IMG/VR virus record: IMGVR_UViG_3300017909_003313
Span: 1-35,613 of that record
Origin: a virus
Taxonomy: Duplodnaviria > Caudoviricetes
DNA length: 35,613 nucleotides
Reading direction: 5' to 3' (one strand)
Below are positions 33,000 through 35,613 of the stretch, one piece after another; position 1 is the stretch's first letter; the number at the start of each line of letters is the position of its first letter. Made by a program: the position numbers and the translations under genes. The notes under the pieces were generated by a model. It was not told where the DNA came from. It did no database searches and saw nothing but the letters and a program-made list of their open reading frames with translations.

Positions 33000-33736
33000 T
33001 ATAACTCCTTCTGGAACATTTGTGCTACTTTACGATGCCATGTCTCGCCATTGTGTGTACGATCTCTCGCTTCAAAGTCTGGTGGAGGAGCATCAGCTAC
33101 TGATTTCAATACCAGCTTACGCTCTCCAACATGGCGTTTCACACTCTCTATGCATTCATCCAGTATTTCCTGATTCTTTGTTTCGTCTAATAGGTCAAGA
33201 TGTGGGTGTTCATCGACAAATTTTCTGACCAAATCAGAACCTTTCTCATACCAATATGGATCGTGGGCAGTGCCATGCTTGTCATAAACCGTTCTTGCAT
33301 AGTGATCAAGACTGTAAGGTATCATCATTGTATAGGTTGCTGTGTTTGGATTCCAGATCTCTCTACGTGCTGAATCAGGCATGAGAATAATTACTTCCTC
33401 AACTTCACTGTTGGGAATCCAGTTTTGTACCAGTCGTGCGACTGTCTGTGGCGAGGCAGCTGTAACACCAAAGTTGGTTGCACCCAGTAAAAAAGGATAG
33501 CTGTTCTCGAATGCCACTTCATACCCAAAGGTATGCGAACAACCAAATGCCACTCGCTTACCAATCACTCTCTCTGGTTTACGAAAACCATAGGAATCAT
33601 ATTGATAAGAAATAATTTGATTGTTCTTGAGTTGTGCTAATGCACCAGCAGCGAAAGGCGATGCTATATATTGTGTTACGCTTTTTGGTCCAAATAATCC
33701 GAGTGCGTATTTACCTATATCCTCTGGAACTACCAT
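32999..33736 (-). CDS. SGNH-like hydrolase-fold protein
   Basis: Y-x-x-DSYGFR, FGCSHTFG, NFGV, ARD-x-x-H-x-G. Confidence 0.6.
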   Translation of the reverse strand: MVVPEDIGKYALGLFGPKSVTQYIASPFAAGALAQLKNNQIISYQYDSYGFRKPERVIGKRVAFGCSHTFGYEVAFENSYPFLLGATNFGVTAASPQTVARLVQNWIPNSEVEEVIILMPDSARREIWNPNTATYTMMIPYSLDHYARTVYDKHGTAHDPYWYEKGSDLVRKFVDEHPHLDLLDETKNQEILDECIESVKRHVGERKLVLKSVADAPPPDFEARDRTHNGETWHRKVAQMFQKEL

Positions 33737-33852
33737 CCACCGTCGCCTTTACTCTTCTTCTTTTTCTCGAAGTGAAATTTACCAGAAAGTCCCAGTATAG
33801 TAAAGGCAATACAGCCCATTAGGATAAGAAACATATAAAAGAAATCTATCAT
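33730..33852 (-). CDS. Small single-pass membrane protein (40 aa)
   Basis: Manual translation MIDFFYMFLILMGCIAFTILGLSGKFHFEKKKKSKGDGGW*; fills the gap with overlaps on both sides. Confidence 0.65.
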   Translation of the reverse strand: MIDFFYMFLILMGCIAFTILGLSGKFHFEKKKKSKGDGGW

Positions 33853-34184
33853 TTACCTATGTCCTTAATATTGTTTTTTGTTATGACTTGGTATGCACCT
33901 TTGTTATAAGCTGGAGCAATCGTAAAGTTTTTGCTCTCTTCTCTTTTCCACGAAGTATCTCTGCTGACAGAAGCAGTACCAATGCCGTTACCCATCGAAG
34001 GATACTTCTCGCGATGCTCCTGTGCTCGAGCCTGTCGGTCAAGATCTGCTTGCGAGATCTTCAATGGTTTAAAGTCGGACTTTCGTGCTTTTACCTTTGG
34101 CGAAGACATTGACTTCTTTGCCATCTTCCGCTTTCGTCCATTCATATCGTAGCGGAGTGAACTGCCGTAATTTTTTATACTCAT
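33849..34184 (-). CDS. Basic hypothetical phage protein
   Basis: GGAGA Shine-Dalgarno; C-terminal TIAPAYNKGAYQVI motif familiar from T4-like phage hypothetical proteins. Confidence 0.75.
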   Translation of the reverse strand: MSIKNYGSSLRYDMNGRKRKMAKKSMSSPKVKARKSDFKPLKISQADLDRQARAQEHREKYPSMGNGIGTASVSRDTSWKREESKNFTIAPAYNKGAYQVITKNNIKDIGK

Positions 34185-34201
34185 AATTTATATCTCCAAA
34201 C

Positions 34202-34276
34202 TGGCGGTCTGTAGGAGAATCGAACTCCTGTTCCCTCTTAGACAGAGAGGTGTAATAGCCATTATACCAACAGACC
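34202..34276 (-). tRNA. tRNA-Asp (GUC)
   Basis: Acceptor stem GGTCTGT/ACAGACC, discriminator G, encoded CCA; anticodon arm CCTCT-CTGTCTA-AGAGG; T arm AGGAG-TTCGATT-CTCCT. Confidence 0.92.
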
Positions 34277-34284
34277 TGATCAGT

Positions 34285-34677
34285 TTATGCCACATTTACA
34301 GTGGGAGCAATGTAGTCAGCGTAATAACCTCTATCATCAAACTCCTCACCTTTAGAAGTAAAGGAAGTGAAACCATCCATATCGAACTGATCAAGCACAA
34401 CAGTGTCACCTGAATTTTGATAGCCCATAGGCACTAAGAAGAAATACTTCTCAGTCTCTGGGTCAAATATCACATCACCAGAAGAAGTAGATCTTAAACC
34501 CTTAGAAAACTCTTGCTCAGAGATCTTCACTTGGTAATTTTCAACCCAACTCTCTTCAATGTTATTTGTAAGCTGATATGCTTGGGATAAAGAATCCGCA
34601 GAAACAACAGCAACCTCTGTAAATCCAGCACCAGCAGTACCGAATTTATTCGCGTGATATACGATATAGTCTTTCAT
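34285..34677 (-). CDS. Hypothetical protein
   Basis: GAGGAG Shine-Dalgarno before MKDY; contains RSTS-x-GD. Confidence 0.75.
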   Translation of the reverse strand: MKDYIVYHANKFGTAGAGFTEVAVVSADSLSQAYQLTNNIEESWVENYQVKISEQEFSKGLRSTSSGDVIFDPETEKYFFLVPMGYQNSGDTVVLDQFDMDGFTSFTSKGEEFDDRGYYADYIAPTVNVA

Positions 34678-34707
34678 ATTTACTCCTCTATTTAAAAACA
34701 TAAGTAT

Positions 34708-34735
34708 ATTCTACTAAATTGGAGAGAAATGTCAA
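34708..34735 (-). promoter_or_regulatory. Sigma70-type early promoter
   Basis: TTGACA-16 nt-TAGAAT. Confidence 0.65.
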
Positions 34736-34978
34736 CAACTATTTGCTTCTAAGAGATGGTTTTTTATAACTCTTTTGAAGGTGGCGACGCATAGCAGATG
34801 CTCGGACTCTCGCCGAAAAAAATTCTCGCGAAAAAATTTTCTTACTTGATCTCCACAAGTCCGTGGCATGTACCCTTGCAAGAGACGCGATAGGAGAGAG
34901 GTCGCCAAGTTCTGGACGCCTAGCCAATAGTTCTGGGGAGGAGGAAAGGAGACTCGACTCCCCAGAGAGGACAGTCAT

Positions 34979-35176
34979 CTAGACGATACGACCTTTATCT
35001 ATCCAGATGAGTTCCTCGAACTTTTCCTCGAAGGTATATCCTCCGAGCGAGAACTGTGTCTCGTGCAGTTCCTTTAAGACAAACTTGACAGCTTCCTTTG
35101 CGGTCTTAAAAGAATACCATTTGAGCCGTGCTTCTCCGTAGGTGGAGAGCCGTACCTCGTATTTTGCTTTTGCCAT
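34979..35176 (-). CDS. Hypothetical early protein
   Basis: AGGAG Shine-Dalgarno; 65 aa. Confidence 0.7.
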   Translation of the reverse strand: MAKAKYEVRLSTYGEARLKWYSFKTAKEAVKFVLKELHETQFSLGGYTFEEKFEELIWIDKGRIV

Positions 35177-35180
35177 ATGA

Positions 35181-35330
35181 TCAACTCCTTTCTTTCATCC
35201 AAGCAGAGAGGATCTCTCTCGACTCGTACTTGTCAAGGTCAAACATGGCAGCGAGATGTGGAGCAGCACCAAACATATTAATGTCTCCTGTCTCGCGTAG
35301 GTCATCCAAGAATTCGAAATACTCTTCCAT
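35181..35330 (-). CDS. Hypothetical early protein (49 aa)
   Basis: AGGAG Shine-Dalgarno before MEEYFEFLDDLRETGDINMFGA. Confidence 0.75.
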   Translation of the reverse strand: MEEYFEFLDDLRETGDINMFGAAPHLAAMFDLDKYESREILSAWMKERS

Positions 35331-35331
35331 G

Positions 35332-35454
35332 CTATACTCCTTGCTCTTCAAAACACTTGTTGGCATATGCTTCTGCTTCTGCTTCCGACATACCGAGTGC
35401 CAATCCTTCCTCGAACTTCTGCTCTAGGAAGATTTCATTTACATTACAACTCAT
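35332..35454 (-). CDS. Hypothetical acidic early protein (40 aa)
   Basis: Manual translation MSCNVNEIFLEQKFEEGLALGMSEAEAEAYANKCFEEQGV*; GAGG Shine-Dalgarno. Confidence 0.7.
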   Translation of the reverse strand: MSCNVNEIFLEQKFEEGLALGMSEAEAEAYANKCFEEQGV

Positions 35455-35504
35455 AATTATACCTCTCTATTAAAATTCTTGTCTCTCTCAAAGGGCGACA
35501 CCCT

Positions 35505-35533
35505 ATTATATGGGAGTCACTCCAAGAAGTCAA
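35505..35533 (-). promoter_or_regulatory. Strong sigma70-type early promoter (leftward)
   Basis: TTGACT-17 nt-TATAAT. Confidence 0.8.
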
Positions 35534-35567
35534 GCATTATTTTGCATCTTTTTTGTCATATCTCCGC

Positions 35568-35596
35568 TTGACTTCTGTCGTGGAGTGTGCTATAAT
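35568..35596 (+). promoter_or_regulatory. Strong sigma70-type early promoter (rightward)
   Basis: TTGACT-17 nt-TATAAT with extended -10 TGn. Confidence 0.8.
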
Positions 35597-35613
35597 GAGA
35601 GATGGCTCGTGGC

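Noticed and set aside
34202-34276. Amber suppressor tRNA (CUA in the loop) and stop-codon recoding
   Set aside because: The centred anticodon is GUC with a G discriminator (Asp), and conserved genes end normally at TAG and TGA.
35369-35386. GCTTCT tandem repeat
   Set aside because: It simply encodes EAEAEA in the 40-aa ORF 35332-35454.

Overview
A 35.6-kb segment of a marine-type T4-like myovirus genome. From left to right: (1) a late baseplate/tail module (gp48 partial, gp4, gp2, gp54/19-like, gp26, gp51, then a possible tape-measure protein) with a candidate -1 frameshift fusing gp26 to gp51; (2) a late-promoter-driven glutamine (glnA-type) riboswitch upstream of a small YRG-repeat (DUF4278-like) gene; (3) gp32, gp59 and gp33; (4) a SleB-like cell wall hydrolase and a circularly permuted two-piece tmRNA (tag ANDNFAFEDYALAA) whose acceptor stem has U3-U70 instead of G3-U70; (5) an exonuclease, PhoH and a long minus-strand glycan/modification island (carbamoyltransferase, SGNH-like proteins, Rieske oxygenase, epimerases, radical SAM enzymes, glycosyl- and methyltransferases); (6) a late plus-strand operon of two small membrane proteins, CsgF, CsgG, a curlin-like protein, a FecR-domain protein and a CHASE2 adenylate cyclase, which looks like a curli-coupled trans-envelope cAMP signalling system; (7) small early genes under sigma70-type promoters and a tRNA-Asp(GUC). 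All calls come from reading motifs by eye; no database searches or folding programs were run.
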